Source: an uncultured cyanobacterium
GTDB lineage: Bacteria > Cyanobacteriota > Cyanobacteriia > CAKZMO01
Direction: 5' to 3'
NCBI GenBank assembly: GCA_963719515.1
Contig: CAVRCJ010000015.1
Location: 32,001-96,000 of the forward strand
DNA length: 64,000 bases
Below are positions 19,901 to 28,247 of the stretch, piece by piece. Positions within the stretch are counted from its first letter, which is position 1. The number at the start of each line of letters is the position of its first letter. The position numbers and the translations under genes are program-made. The notes under the pieces were generated by a model. The model searched no databases. It was not told the origin of the DNA and worked only from the letters and a program-made list of their open reading frames with translations.

Positions 19901-20734
19901 CGCGTAGAGCGCCAGCTCAAAGAGCAGCAAAGCACCCGGCAAACCCTAGACTGGCAGGTGGAAAAGCTGCAGCAAGAGCGGCAGGCCGCCGTCGCCACCT
20001 TGGCAGAACTGCAGCAGCAGCTCGAAGAGCAGGCCGACGAACTGCCCGATCCCGTGCCCGAGCTGCCCGCCGACCTTACCTTGACCCAGCTGCAGCAGGA
20101 GCTGCGATCGCTGCAAAAGCGCATCCAGGCCATGGAGCCGGTGAACATGATGGCGCTAGAGGAGCATAAGCGCACTCAAGAGCGGCTAGAAGACCTGAGC
20201 GAAAAGCTCTCTACCCTGGCGGAAGAGCGATCGGAGCTGCTGCTGCGCATTGAGAACTTCACCACCCTACGGCAGCGGGCCTTTAAAGAGGCCTTCGACG
20301 CCGTCAACGCCAACTTCCAGGTAATCTTCGCCGAGCTGTCCGACGGTGACGGCTATCTGCAGCTCGACAACCCCAGCGATCCCTTTAGCGGCGGGTTGAC
20401 CCTGGTTGCTCACCCCAAAGGCAAGCCCGTGCGCCGTCTGGCCTCCATGTCGGGGGGCGAAAAATCCTTGACGGCCCTCAGCTTTATCTTCGCCCTGCAG
20501 CGCTATCGCCCCTCGCCGTTCTACGCCTTTGACGAGGTGGATATGTTCCTAGACGGGGCAAACGTAGAGCGGCTGGCCAAAATGATCAAACATCAGTCGC
20601 AGTACGCCCAGTTTGTGGTGGTTAGCCTGCGGCGGCCCATGATTGAATCTGCCGAGCGCACTATCGGCGTCACCCAAGCGAGAGGAGCCTATACCCAGGT
20701 GCTGGGCATCAATCTGCAGTCTCAGCGAGCCTAA
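16988..20734 (+). CDS. smc: Chromosome segregation protein SMC
   Basis: FKSF, GPNGSGKSN, long coiled coils, hinge GRATFLPL, MSGGEKS and FDEVD. Confidence 0.97.
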   Translation: MYIKRVELSHFKSFGGTTQIPLRDGFTVISGPNGSGKSNILDALLFALGLSTSKGMRAEKLPDLVNQSHSSRSRTMEASVSVTLDLGEMDELDAELEIADHPANGDSSTEPYPAAQPTDGLLADSAMGTASNRSDDNRADHGGTDHGGTDHGGANGSGTAIAPSREWTVTRKLRVTAQGTYTSTYFINGESCTLSQLHEQMQQLRVYPEGYNVVLQGDVTSIISMNPRERREIIDELAGVAAFDRKIGQAKEKLDAVHEREERFRIVEKELTAQRDRLAKDRIKAEKYQQLRQELQTRSRWEAVLVWRDQQRRIAQCEKAIATAEKKIQDLREQQRTLRDDIQTKTLALEQLSAKVKALGEEEQLALQSNLATQEAERRQLQRQEQTEQQAAQEAERLMEQTRQEMQSLIETQAALQQEQQDIAQGLAELGSRRDQAQRSLEQYRQSANAVAAASESWVQQQTELRHQVDGLLATVDPLRTEQARLQERISQLTQTIETQTTELQKAEQELAQAQAQRETIGTPDSAVERVQTLAAALATTRQELQLQQETQARLLREQRDSQRKLDKLEAQAQATQESQGTYATQILIQTGLPGVCGLVAQLGQVDPQYQLALEISAGGRLGHLVVEDDGVAAAGIRILKEQRGGRATFLPLNKIRAPRLTAISKWKSPAGFIDYAVNLVACDDRYRDIFGYVFGNTLVFETLSDARQNIGEYRMVTLEGELLEASGAMTGGSLGRRQGALHFGTAEAGESAEARTLRQRLSDIERVLDRCEGAIAQLTVQSQTQADELTQAREAQREIQVNATQVEQRVSALTQQQQSQRQQLAQNRQELETAQGRLQTVQAQLPAQETQLQQLRQTLSELEASQTHSEWQQAQQHIQQQEKVLNERRLALRTAENRAQDLNAQQQRLQERSENGDRRLQDHKQQQRQALSQQAQLQRQREALDRQISQLQKAIAQLEKTLAAEKQTRDRVERQLKEQQSTRQTLDWQVEKLQQERQAAVATLAELQQQLEEQADELPDPVPELPADLTLTQLQQELRSLQKRIQAMEPVNMMALEEHKRTQERLEDLSEKLSTLAEERSELLLRIENFTTLRQRAFKEAFDAVNANFQVIFAELSDGDGYLQLDNPSDPFSGGLTLVAHPKGKPVRRLASMSGGEKSLTALSFIFALQRYRPSPFYAFDEVDMFLDGANVERLAKMIKHQSQYAQFVVVSLRRPMIESAERTIGVTQARGAYTQVLGINLQSQRA

Positions 20735-21014
20735 TGGACAGGCGATCGCTCAGGCCGTAGCCCGATAGCAGCAGCAGGGACAGCCCAAGGTTCGGCACTC
20801 CCCACTGCGCATATCGGGAAAGATTTGTCTTAATATTAGTACCTACGCCGAGATGGCATCGCAACAATGGCACCTTAATACTTGTACATATACTTGTATA
20901 TTGATAACTACCGCTGCTCGGTAGGCAACAAATAGCTGCGGGCAGACCCCGTGATTGCATCTCGCGATGTGTGTCCATCGCCCCGCTCGATCTTCAAAGA
21001 TCAGGATCTAAAAC

Positions 21015-21995
21015 ATGACAGTTGAACAATCAATACAGCGCTCTGAGATACTTGGCACCCAGGTCATTACCCGCGATAACGGTAAGCGACTGGGTATTAT
21101 CAGCCAACTTTGGGTGGATATTGACCGGCGCGAGGTCGTAGCGCTAGGGGTGCGCGAAAGCGTCATAGCTGGGGTGCTGTCTAGCACGCAGCAGACCATG
21201 CTGCTCAGCGATATCCGCCAGGTCGGAGACGTAATTTTGGTTGACGACGACACTGTTTTAGACCAAGACATTGACGTTGAGGCCTACAGCAACCTGATCA
21301 ACTGCGAGGTGATCACCGAGACGGGAGAGATGCTCGGCAAGGTGCGCGGGTTTAAGTTCAACGCCGAAGATGGCCGCGTCACATCACTTTTGATTGCGTC
21401 TTTGGGCATTCCCCAAATTCCTGACCAAGTCATTAGCACCTACGATCTGCCCCTGGAAGAGGTGGTCAGCAGCGGCCCCGATCGCCTGATTGTGTTCGAG
21501 GGGGCTGAGGAAAAAATGGTGCAGGTGACGGTTGGCGTCCTAGAGCGCCTCGGCATCGGCACCCCCCCTTGGGACCGCCGCAACGATGACTACTACGTGA
21601 TGCCCACCTCCCCCGCCAATCAGCTCGGCACCGGAACTACTACCGCAGCAGAAGCAGAAGTTCAGGCTGAAGCTGCAGCGGCCAGTGAGACCTGGGATGA
21701 GGACAACTGGAACGAAGCTCCCCCTGTGGCTGAGCCGCTGCCGGAGCCTGTGGCTCAGCCGCAGGCGTATCAGGAGAGCAACTGGGGAGAGGTGCCTGAG
21801 GCGGACTACGTTGAAGAGGCTCCCTACGAAGAGTACACCCAGCCTGAGCCTGAACCTGAAACCCAGTATGAGGACTACGAAGTCACTGGGGATGCCTGGG
21901 CAGGCGACGAAAATCCTCAGCCTTACCAGCCGCAGAAGCTAAACATTCCTGAGAAGAAGCGGGTGGTGGAGTATGAGGAAGAGCCAGATTATTAA
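21015..21995 (+). CDS. PRC-barrel domain protein with acidic C-terminal tail
   Basis: Two PRC-barrel repeats (GTQVITRDNGKRLG; EVITETGEMLGKVRGF) and an E/P/Y-rich tail. Confidence 0.88.
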   Translation: MTVEQSIQRSEILGTQVITRDNGKRLGIISQLWVDIDRREVVALGVRESVIAGVLSSTQQTMLLSDIRQVGDVILVDDDTVLDQDIDVEAYSNLINCEVITETGEMLGKVRGFKFNAEDGRVTSLLIASLGIPQIPDQVISTYDLPLEEVVSSGPDRLIVFEGAEEKMVQVTVGVLERLGIGTPPWDRRNDDYYVMPTSPANQLGTGTTTAAEAEVQAEAAAASETWDEDNWNEAPPVAEPLPEPVAQPQAYQESNWGEVPEADYVEEAPYEEYTQPEPEPETQYEDYEVTGDAWAGDENPQPYQPQKLNIPEKKRVVEYEEEPDY

Positions 21996-21998
21996 ACC

Positions 21999-22457
21999 AT
22001 GACCCTTAAAGACAAAATCAGCGAAGACATCAAAACGGCGATGAAGGCGAAGGATAAACTTCGTCTGGAAACCGTGCGCGGCATCAAGAAAGTGCTGCTT
22101 GAAAAAGAGTCCGATATGCGGGGGGAAGGCCGAGAGTCCCTCTCCGAGTCGGAGGAGTTTGACGTGCTGGTGCAGCAGGCTAAGCAGCGCCGCGACTCCA
22201 TTGAGCAATACCGGCAGGCGGGGCGGGATGACCTAGCGGACAAGGAAGCCTCGGAACTCACCATCATTGAGACCTATCTGCCGCAGCAGCTGACGGAGGA
22301 CGAGCTGAGCACCATCGTGGACAGCGTCATTGCTAAAACGGGAGCGTCGTCGCCGAAGGACATGGGTAAGGTGATGGGGCCGGTGATGCAGCAGACCAAG
22401 GGGCGGGCTGACGGTAAGGCGGTGCAGACCATGGTGAAGGCGAAGCTGAGCGCTTAG
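21999..22457 (+). CDS. GatB/YqeY domain protein
   Basis: KTAMKAKDKLRL, KQRRDSIEQY..AGR.DLA, YLPQQL and KDMGKVMG...GRADGK. Confidence 0.93.
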   Translation: MTLKDKISEDIKTAMKAKDKLRLETVRGIKKVLLEKESDMRGEGRESLSESEEFDVLVQQAKQRRDSIEQYRQAGRDDLADKEASELTIIETYLPQQLTEDELSTIVDSVIAKTGASSPKDMGKVMGPVMQQTKGRADGKAVQTMVKAKLSA

Positions 22458-22471
22458 GTTTAGCGCTCAGG

Positions 22472-22676
22472 GATCCCCCCTGCCCCCTCGTAAAGACTAC
22501 GGTGTACACACAAGTCGGTCTAACCCCCTCAAACTCCCCCTTGCCAAGGGGGAGGACCGTGACTTCCACCCTTGGCAAGGGGGGATTGAGGGGGGTAAGG
22601 CAGCGTTTACGACTCACAGCCAAGATGTGTGTACACGGCAGCCTTATAAAGGGGGGTGCCGGAGGCGGGGGAATCT
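22472..22676. mobile_element. MITE-like element (22497-22641) inserted in a G/C-rich REP-like palindrome and carrying a second REP-like palindrome
   Basis: Terminal inverted repeats CTACGGTGTACACACA / TGTGTGTACACGGCAG (14/16). The flanks CCTCGTAAAGA / CCTTATAAAGG resemble a degenerate duplication. Internal palindrome CCCCCTTGCCAAGGGGG. Confidence 0.7.
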
Positions 22677-22734
22677 CAAGCTGCACATTAAATTATTCAT
22701 TGGCATAGAGTCTACGGTTAAGGTAACGCTCCCC

Positions 22735-24387
22735 ATGAAACGTTTTACAGCGCTATTTCAAGCCGTAGACGCCACCACCTCCACCAACGCTAAAGTTGCG
22801 GCTCTAGAGCAATACTTTCGCGACGAGACGCCCCGTAACGCCATCTGGGCGCTCTACCTGCTGTTGGGCAAAACCCGCAAGCGCCTGGTGACTTCCCGAG
22901 TGCTGCGGGAAGTGTTTTTGCAGGTGTCTGATCTGCCCGAGTGGCTGTTCAAAGACTGCTATGCCCATGTGGGAGACTCCGCGGAGGCGATCGCCCTCCT
23001 GCTGCCCAGCGCGGAGCTAGAAGCTCAAGATCGCCTCGACCTGCCCCTGTACGAGTGGATGGAGCAGGTGATTCCCGCGGTGAAGGCGGCGGAGACCGAC
23101 GAGGAGGTAAAGCAGCTAATTGTCACCTGGTGGTCGTCCCTAAAAGGCTTTGAGGTGTTTGTGCTCAACAAGGTGCTCACCGGGGCGTTTCGGGTGGGGG
23201 CCTCCAGCAAGCTGGTGGTGCGCGCCCTCTCCAAAGCCTACGACCTGCCCGAGCCGGTGGTCACCCATCGGCTGATGGGCGATATCGAAACCACCGAAGA
23301 CTTCTTTGCGCAGCTGGTGAGCCAGTCCGCTACCGAAACCGCCCCCAGCCAGCCCTACCCTTTCTTTTTGGCCTCCCCCATCGACGAGGAAAAGTTCGCT
23401 ACAGAAGATTTCTCCCGCTGGCGGGCAGAGTGGAAGTGGGATGGCATCCGGGCGCAGATCATTTCCCGTGCGGGCGAGGTGTTTATCTGGTCGCGGGGGG
23501 AGGACTTGGTGACCCACCAGTTCCCGGAGCTGGCGGAGGACTTTGCCCAGCTGCCCAACGGCACCGTCGTGGATGGAGAGATTCTGTGCTGGAAGGACGG
23601 CGGCGCTGGTGACGGCTCTGGCCCGATGAATTTTAACGCCCTGCAAAAGCGACTGGGCCGCAAGCGGGTGTCGAAAAAGGCGATGGCGGAGAACCCGGTG
23701 CGGTTTATGGCCTATGACCTGTTGGAGCACGAGGGAATAGATATTCGGGAGCAGGCGCTGGGCGATCGCCAGCGCCTACTGTCCCAGATGCTTTCAGAGA
23801 CGCCTTTGCAGCGGGCCATGGTGTCTGAGGTGGTGGCCTTTGAGACGGTGGCGGAGCTGGGGCAGCTGCGGCAGCGATCGCACCAGGAGGGGGCCGAAGG
23901 GCTGATGATCAAGGCGCTGGATAGCCCCTATTTGGTGGGGCGCAAGCGGGGCTACTGGTGGAAGTATAAAGTGGAGCCCATGACCCTAGACGCGGTGCTG
24001 ATCTACGCCCAGGCGGGCACCGGCAAGCGGGCTAACCTATTTACGGACTATACGTTCGCGCTGTGGCAAGAGGGGGAGCTGGTCACCTTCACCAAGGCCT
24101 ACTCGGGGCTCGATAACAAAGAGATCGATAAGCTGGACCGCTGGATTCGTCGCCACACCACCGAGCGGTTCGGGCCGGTGCGCAGCGTGACGCCGACCCA
24201 CGTATTTGAAATCGGCTTTGAGGGCATCGCCAAGTCGAGCCGCCACAAGTCGGGGATTTCGGTGCGGTTTCCCCGCATCCTGCGCTGGCGACATGATAAA
24301 CCCGTTGAGGAAGCGGATACGCTGGCGGGGGCGATCGCGCTGCTGGAGGACTATACGACCCGTGGGGGGAAGCCCAGCGACGGGTGA
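22735..24387 (+). CDS. ATP-dependent DNA ligase
   Basis: EWKWDGIRAQ, VDGEI, FMAYDLLE, EGLMIK, WWKYK and VRFPR motifs. Start placed at ATG 22735 because the upstream extension lies in repeat DNA. Confidence 0.95.
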   Translation: MKRFTALFQAVDATTSTNAKVAALEQYFRDETPRNAIWALYLLLGKTRKRLVTSRVLREVFLQVSDLPEWLFKDCYAHVGDSAEAIALLLPSAELEAQDRLDLPLYEWMEQVIPAVKAAETDEEVKQLIVTWWSSLKGFEVFVLNKVLTGAFRVGASSKLVVRALSKAYDLPEPVVTHRLMGDIETTEDFFAQLVSQSATETAPSQPYPFFLASPIDEEKFATEDFSRWRAEWKWDGIRAQIISRAGEVFIWSRGEDLVTHQFPELAEDFAQLPNGTVVDGEILCWKDGGAGDGSGPMNFNALQKRLGRKRVSKKAMAENPVRFMAYDLLEHEGIDIREQALGDRQRLLSQMLSETPLQRAMVSEVVAFETVAELGQLRQRSHQEGAEGLMIKALDSPYLVGRKRGYWWKYKVEPMTLDAVLIYAQAGTGKRANLFTDYTFALWQEGELVTFTKAYSGLDNKEIDKLDRWIRRHTTERFGPVRSVTPTHVFEIGFEGIAKSSRHKSGISVRFPRILRWRHDKPVEEADTLAGAIALLEDYTTRGGKPSDG

Positions 24388-24406
24388 GGTCGCTGGGCGC
24401 GACGAG

Positions 24407-24670
24407 TTAGTTGGGGGGTGCTTCGCTGCTCCTACGGTTGGGGATTCTCTTGGCTAAGATGCGCATGATTTCGTGGGGGTGACCGGTGGGTACCGCCTTG
24501 GTCCAGTCGTTGGGCTCTGCGTAGCCGAGGCTGTGCATGGAGGCGATGTGGTTTTGCACGGCGTGGGGGTGGCCGATGGCGATGATGCGCAGGGTGTGGT
24601 GGCCTGGATTTTCGGCAGGGGGTTCCCCGTCGGGCCAGGGAAAGTTGGCCCGATAGACGTGGGTTGACAT
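24407..24670 (-). CDS. Small conserved cyanobacterial hypothetical protein (H.LGYAE..DW motif)
   Basis: 87 aa with AAGGAG Shine-Dalgarno upstream. LRIIAIG...V...I..MHSLGYAEPNDW...P...E.M.IL recalls a multi-copy uncharacterised cyanobacterial family. Confidence 0.75.
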   Translation of the reverse strand: MSTHVYRANFPWPDGEPPAENPGHHTLRIIAIGHPHAVQNHIASMHSLGYAEPNDWTKAVPTGHPHEIMRILAKRIPNRRSSEAPPN

Positions 24671-24890
24671 GGGTTTGATCTCCTTGGTTGGGTTGAGGGG
24701 CGCTCAAACCCAAGCCACCCCGCTCGCTGGTGCCCGTTAAGGCAGGACAAAGAGGGGTGGCTTTCCAAGGAGATGTACAAAGGTCGTACACTTTTGGTTA
24801 GCCTCCGTTCTTGCTCTGACCAAGTTCGCGAGGTTAGCCCGTCTGCCGTGTTGCTAGCGCGGCTTACGGGCGCTTGAAGTTTGAACGCTG
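24671..24890 (-). promoter_or_regulatory. Structured 5' leader RNA sequestering the RBS of the 24670 ORF
   Basis: Perfect 10-bp helix 24765-24774 / 24678-24687 includes the SD. Perfect 10-bp inner helix 24754-24763 / 24712-24721. Further hairpins, and a TACACT -10-like hexamer near 24897-24902. Confidence 0.6.
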
Positions 24891-25044
24891 TGCAGGAGTG
24901 TACAGGATTGGGGGGCGGTGGTCAAGGATTGGGTTGGGGCGATCGCATGGGTGAGTTGGGAGATTGGGGGGGCGATCGGTTGTAGTGTCCCCTCTGGTGC
25001 AAGGGTTAAATAGGGAACCCAGGAACTTATCAGCTGTAGTATAG

Positions 25045-25317
25045 ATGAAACCGTTTCGCTGGAACGCAGACAAGAATCGTCAGCTCCAGATGGAGCGGGG
25101 AGTAAGTTTTGAGCGGGCGCTACAGGCCATTGCAGGTGACCGACTTCTAGCCATCATCCAGCATCCCAATCAGGAGAAGTACCCAACGCAGCGGATCTTT
25201 ATCATTGAGATCAATCAGTATGTTTACTTGGTGCCATTCATCGAGAATGATGAAGAGATATTTCTCAAGACCGTGATTCCTAGTCGCAAAATGACAAAGC
25301 AGTATTTGGGAGAATAG
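25045..25317 (+). CDS. BrnT-like (DUF497) type II toxin
   Basis: F.WN..KN..L..ERGVSFE, HPN..KYP.Q, Y.YLVPF and FLKT.IPSRK.TK.YL. Confidence 0.85.
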   Translation: MKPFRWNADKNRQLQMERGVSFERALQAIAGDRLLAIIQHPNQEKYPTQRIFIIEINQYVYLVPFIENDEEIFLKTVIPSRKMTKQYLGE

Positions 25318-25321
25318 CCGT

Positions 25322-25585
25322 ATGGTTTCTTTGAATGCCGAAGAACAGTCTATTTTGGAGTCGGTTGAGCTAGGTGAATGGCAATCTGTGCCAAACATTG
25401 CTCAGGAAATTGAGCGGTATCAGCGCTATGCTCGGGCGCAGGCGGCGGTGCAAGCTGTGAGCTTGGAGTTGTCGACGAGAGACCTGCAGGTTCTACAAGA
25501 CGTAGCGCAGCAGTCTGGAATTTCAGTATCGCTGTTGATGGCGACGGTGCTGCATCAGTTTGTGGTGAGCCGGGAAGAGGCATGA
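25322..25585 (+). CDS. Cognate antitoxin (C-terminal ribbon-helix-helix/CopG-like)
   Basis: Starts 4 bp after the toxin. L..EEQ.ILES.E.GEW.SV N-terminus and RHH-like VSLELS..DL..LQ..A...GIS...LM..VLHQF. Confidence 0.75.
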   Translation: MVSLNAEEQSILESVELGEWQSVPNIAQEIERYQRYARAQAAVQAVSLELSTRDLQVLQDVAQQSGISVSLLMATVLHQFVVSREEA

Positions 25586-25685
25586 AGCTCTAATGCTTCG
25601 ATTTGTTTTCGCGGTGAAAATCCTTAAGCCGTAAAGGTTTTATCGGGTTGCAGAACTTTGATGAACATCTAATTTGTTTAAAGTG

Positions 25686-26272
25686 CTACCGTGATCGCAG
25701 CTGACATTTGCCGCATGGCCTATGATTAGCTTCCGCCTGCTCGAGAGTATCATAGCAAATGACCGAATCCATTTCCTTTGGTCTAGCCCTTTCAGGATAG
25801 TACTTGCAGTCACGATTAAAGTGATAGACTGAATTCTTCTTCCAAGCCCTGAATTTTCCGCCCTCAATTTTAATACTTTCATCCGGAATAGATTCTATGA
25901 GAATCTGAGTTTTATTTAAAGCTTTCAGCTTTGTATTTTTTTGTACTTCTTTTGCAAGATTCGGCCAAAATCTTCTTTTTTGATGTAAATTCTGAAGTTT
26001 GGTGAGGCAATAATGGAATTATCCACTCTAAAACCTCGCCAACATATAAAAAGCTTAACTTAGGTTTTTTCAGCTTCTCTCAAGAAAGTGTTAAAAAACG
26101 AGTTTGCCGTGACCCAAAGAATAGTATCTATACCAGTGTTCCGCTCTAGTAGATCACCAGTAATTCTATCGATGTTGTCATATCGGCGATCGCTTGCTCT
26201 ATTAAGAAAACTGAACTTCTTCTTAAAAGTCTCTAGCTCTGGATAGGAGTTTCCTTCCTTTTCTTTTTCCAC
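25686..26272 (-). pseudogene. AT-rich gene remnant ending in an Ada-type metal-binding-like domain
   Basis: The 26272 frame reads through a TAA (AEKT*VKLFICWRGFR...) and then shifts at an A-run into ...NSVYHFNRDCKYYP...CYDTLEQAEANHRPCGKC*. Confidence 0.55.
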
Positions 26273-26439
26273 CCTACGTATTGCTGCTTCTTAGCAATTC
26301 ATCGGGCCCCTGCCGCGCCTACGACCCTGCTGAAAGCTATAAAGCTGTGTTCGCCAGCGCCGCCTAAGCCGCCGCTCAGACCTGGCTGCTAGAAGATGAA
26401 TACGAATCTATCGAAGGATAGCTTTCCTCTCTCAGGTAG
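26269..26439 (+). pseudogene. 5'-truncated remnant of a small conserved cyanobacterial protein with in-frame stops
   Basis: Reads PPYVLLLLSNSSGPCRAYDPAESYKAVFASAA*AAAQTWLLEDEYESIEG*. The PPY.LLL / WLLEDEYE pattern is recognised from memory only. Confidence 0.45.
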
Positions 26440-26564
26440 TGAGCGCCGCAAATGGTTGAGCACATTTGGCTTGAAAGGGCGATCGCAATACACAACAAAC
26501 CGTAAAGGTGGGGAAACTAAGACGACTATCCGCAGCGCTGCGATCGCCAGAGAGTACGCTCAAT

Positions 26565-27143
26565 TCAATCTTGAACCCATAGCCAAGCCAAATCAAGCTC
26601 AAAACCGGGCAACACCAACTCCCCCGAAAGGCTCCCCGGACGCTCCAACACCTCCACCCCTTCCGGCCCATGCACCTCCACCTGCCCATCTGCCGGATTG
26701 AGCAACCATCCTAGCTGAATACCCGCTCGAACATACTCCTGCATCTTCTCCTGCAGCGGTTTAAGCGCATCCGTAGAAGAGCGTAGCTCCAGCACAAAAT
26801 CAGGGCACAGCGGCGGAAACTTTTGGCGCTGCTTGAGCGTAAGGGCCAGCCAGCGCGATCGCTCCACCCAGGACACATCTAGGGAGCGGCTGCTGCCGAT
26901 TGGAAGCCGAAAGCAGGTGGACGAGTCAAACACAAACCCAAGCTGAGCCCTGCGGTTCCAAATCACAAAATCAGCCGCAATTTCGACGTTTTGCTTCCCC
27001 GTCTCTCCCCCCGTAGGTGACATAACAACAATCTCACCTCGCAAATTGCGCTCAAACTTCACCTCAGGGTTAGCCCTGCAAAGTCTGAAGAACTGATCGT
27101 CATCTAAACGAATAACGGGGCTTAGATCAATCGTGACGCTCAC
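26565..27143 (-). CDS. Uma2 (DUF820) family PD-(D/E)xK endonuclease-like protein
   Basis: F..LC.ANPE..FER...GE..VMSPTGGETG, FDSST.F.LP, CPDFVLELRS, KMQEY and LPGF.LDL. Confidence 0.93.
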   Translation of the reverse strand: MSVTIDLSPVIRLDDDQFFRLCRANPEVKFERNLRGEIVVMSPTGGETGKQNVEIAADFVIWNRRAQLGFVFDSSTCFRLPIGSSRSLDVSWVERSRWLALTLKQRQKFPPLCPDFVLELRSSTDALKPLQEKMQEYVRAGIQLGWLLNPADGQVEVHGPEGVEVLERPGSLSGELVLPGFELDLAWLWVQD

Positions 27144-27231
27144 GGCAGCGGCTCCTAACGTCTCCTTACCCTCATTGTGACTGCGGCGAGTGCGCTACAG
27201 CAACCACAAGTCCGAGAACCGTTGACAGCTG

Positions 27232-28002
27232 CTATCCGTTAGCAACCTCAGAAGGAATTTCTCCCGTAATTCGGCTTAAAAACGTCTGCAGGCGATCGCT
27301 TTTCGGGTTGGTGAGGATCTCTCTAGCGGGACCCGATTCTTCAATCACCCCTTTGTTTAAGAACAGCACCCGATCGGCAACGGCTTTAGCAAAGGCCATC
27401 TCGTGGGTCACCACCACCATGGTCATGCCCTCGTCCGCTAGCTGCTTCATTACCTCCAGCACCTCCCCCACTAGCTCCGGGTCCAGGGCGCTGGTCGGTT
27501 CGTCAAATAAGATTACCTCGGGGTTCATGCATAGGGCGCGGGCGATCGCCACCCGCTGCTTTTGGCCACCGGAGAGCTGCTCTGGGTAAGCATCAGCCTT
27601 TTCTAATAGACCCACTTTATCCAAATACTGGCGCGCCTGGCGCCGGGCCTCTTTTGTCGATTGACTGAGCACCTTCTGCGGGGCTAAGGTGAGATTTTCG
27701 AGCACCGTGCGGTGGGGAAACAGGTTGAACTGCTGGAACACCATGCCCACCTTGGCCCGCAGGTGGCGGAGCTGCTTTGTGGAAATATCGGGGCGCGACA
27801 GATCAATATCGTTGACGACTAGGCGACCGCCGTTGATGGTCTCTAGACGGTTAAAGCAGCGCAGCAGCGTGCTCTTGCCGCAGCCCGACGGACCGATGAT
27901 TGCCACCACCTCCCCGTGGGAGATATAGCCGCTCATGCCCCGCAGAACCGCCAGATCACCGTAGCGCTTTTCGAGCTGTTCAAACACGATTGGGGCAGTC
28001 AT
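27232..28002 (-). CDS. Polar amino-acid ABC transporter ATP-binding protein (GlnQ/BgtA-like)
   Basis: [35 protein letters not shown] and VTHEM. Confidence 0.95.
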   Translation of the reverse strand: MTAPIVFEQLEKRYGDLAVLRGMSGYISHGEVVAIIGPSGCGKSTLLRCFNRLETINGGRLVVNDIDLSRPDISTKQLRHLRAKVGMVFQQFNLFPHRTVLENLTLAPQKVLSQSTKEARRQARQYLDKVGLLEKADAYPEQLSGGQKQRVAIARALCMNPEVILFDEPTSALDPELVGEVLEVMKQLADEGMTMVVVTHEMAFAKAVADRVLFLNKGVIEESGPAREILTNPKSDRLQTFLSRITGEIPSEVANG

Positions 28003-28247
28003 AGCAGGCGTCCAATTAGTTATGGGTGGGCTAAGGGCAAGTCATTGAGTCTATCCTGTCCCACCAGCATAGGGTGAATTGTAGCCGTTGCCACATCTAG
28101 AGCAATGGGCCTTATCTAGGCTGAGGGAGCGACAACTAAAGTTCAATGCGATCGCCGTAAACGGGTAGCGCCGTGCAAGACTAATGCAGTGCTGTTAATA
28201 AGCTCTTAACCTGACGACGTCTTAATTTTAGAGGAGATTCCCTGACT

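Noticed and set aside
22627..22734. N-terminal extension of the DNA ligase in the ORF track
   Set aside because: It begins inside MITE/REP repeat DNA; ligase-like sequence starts at MKRF (22735).
24432..24791. Overlapping 108-119 aa ORFs across the structured leader
   Set aside because: They have low-complexity Pro/Arg translations with no family features; the 87-aa ORF has the SD and a recognisable motif.
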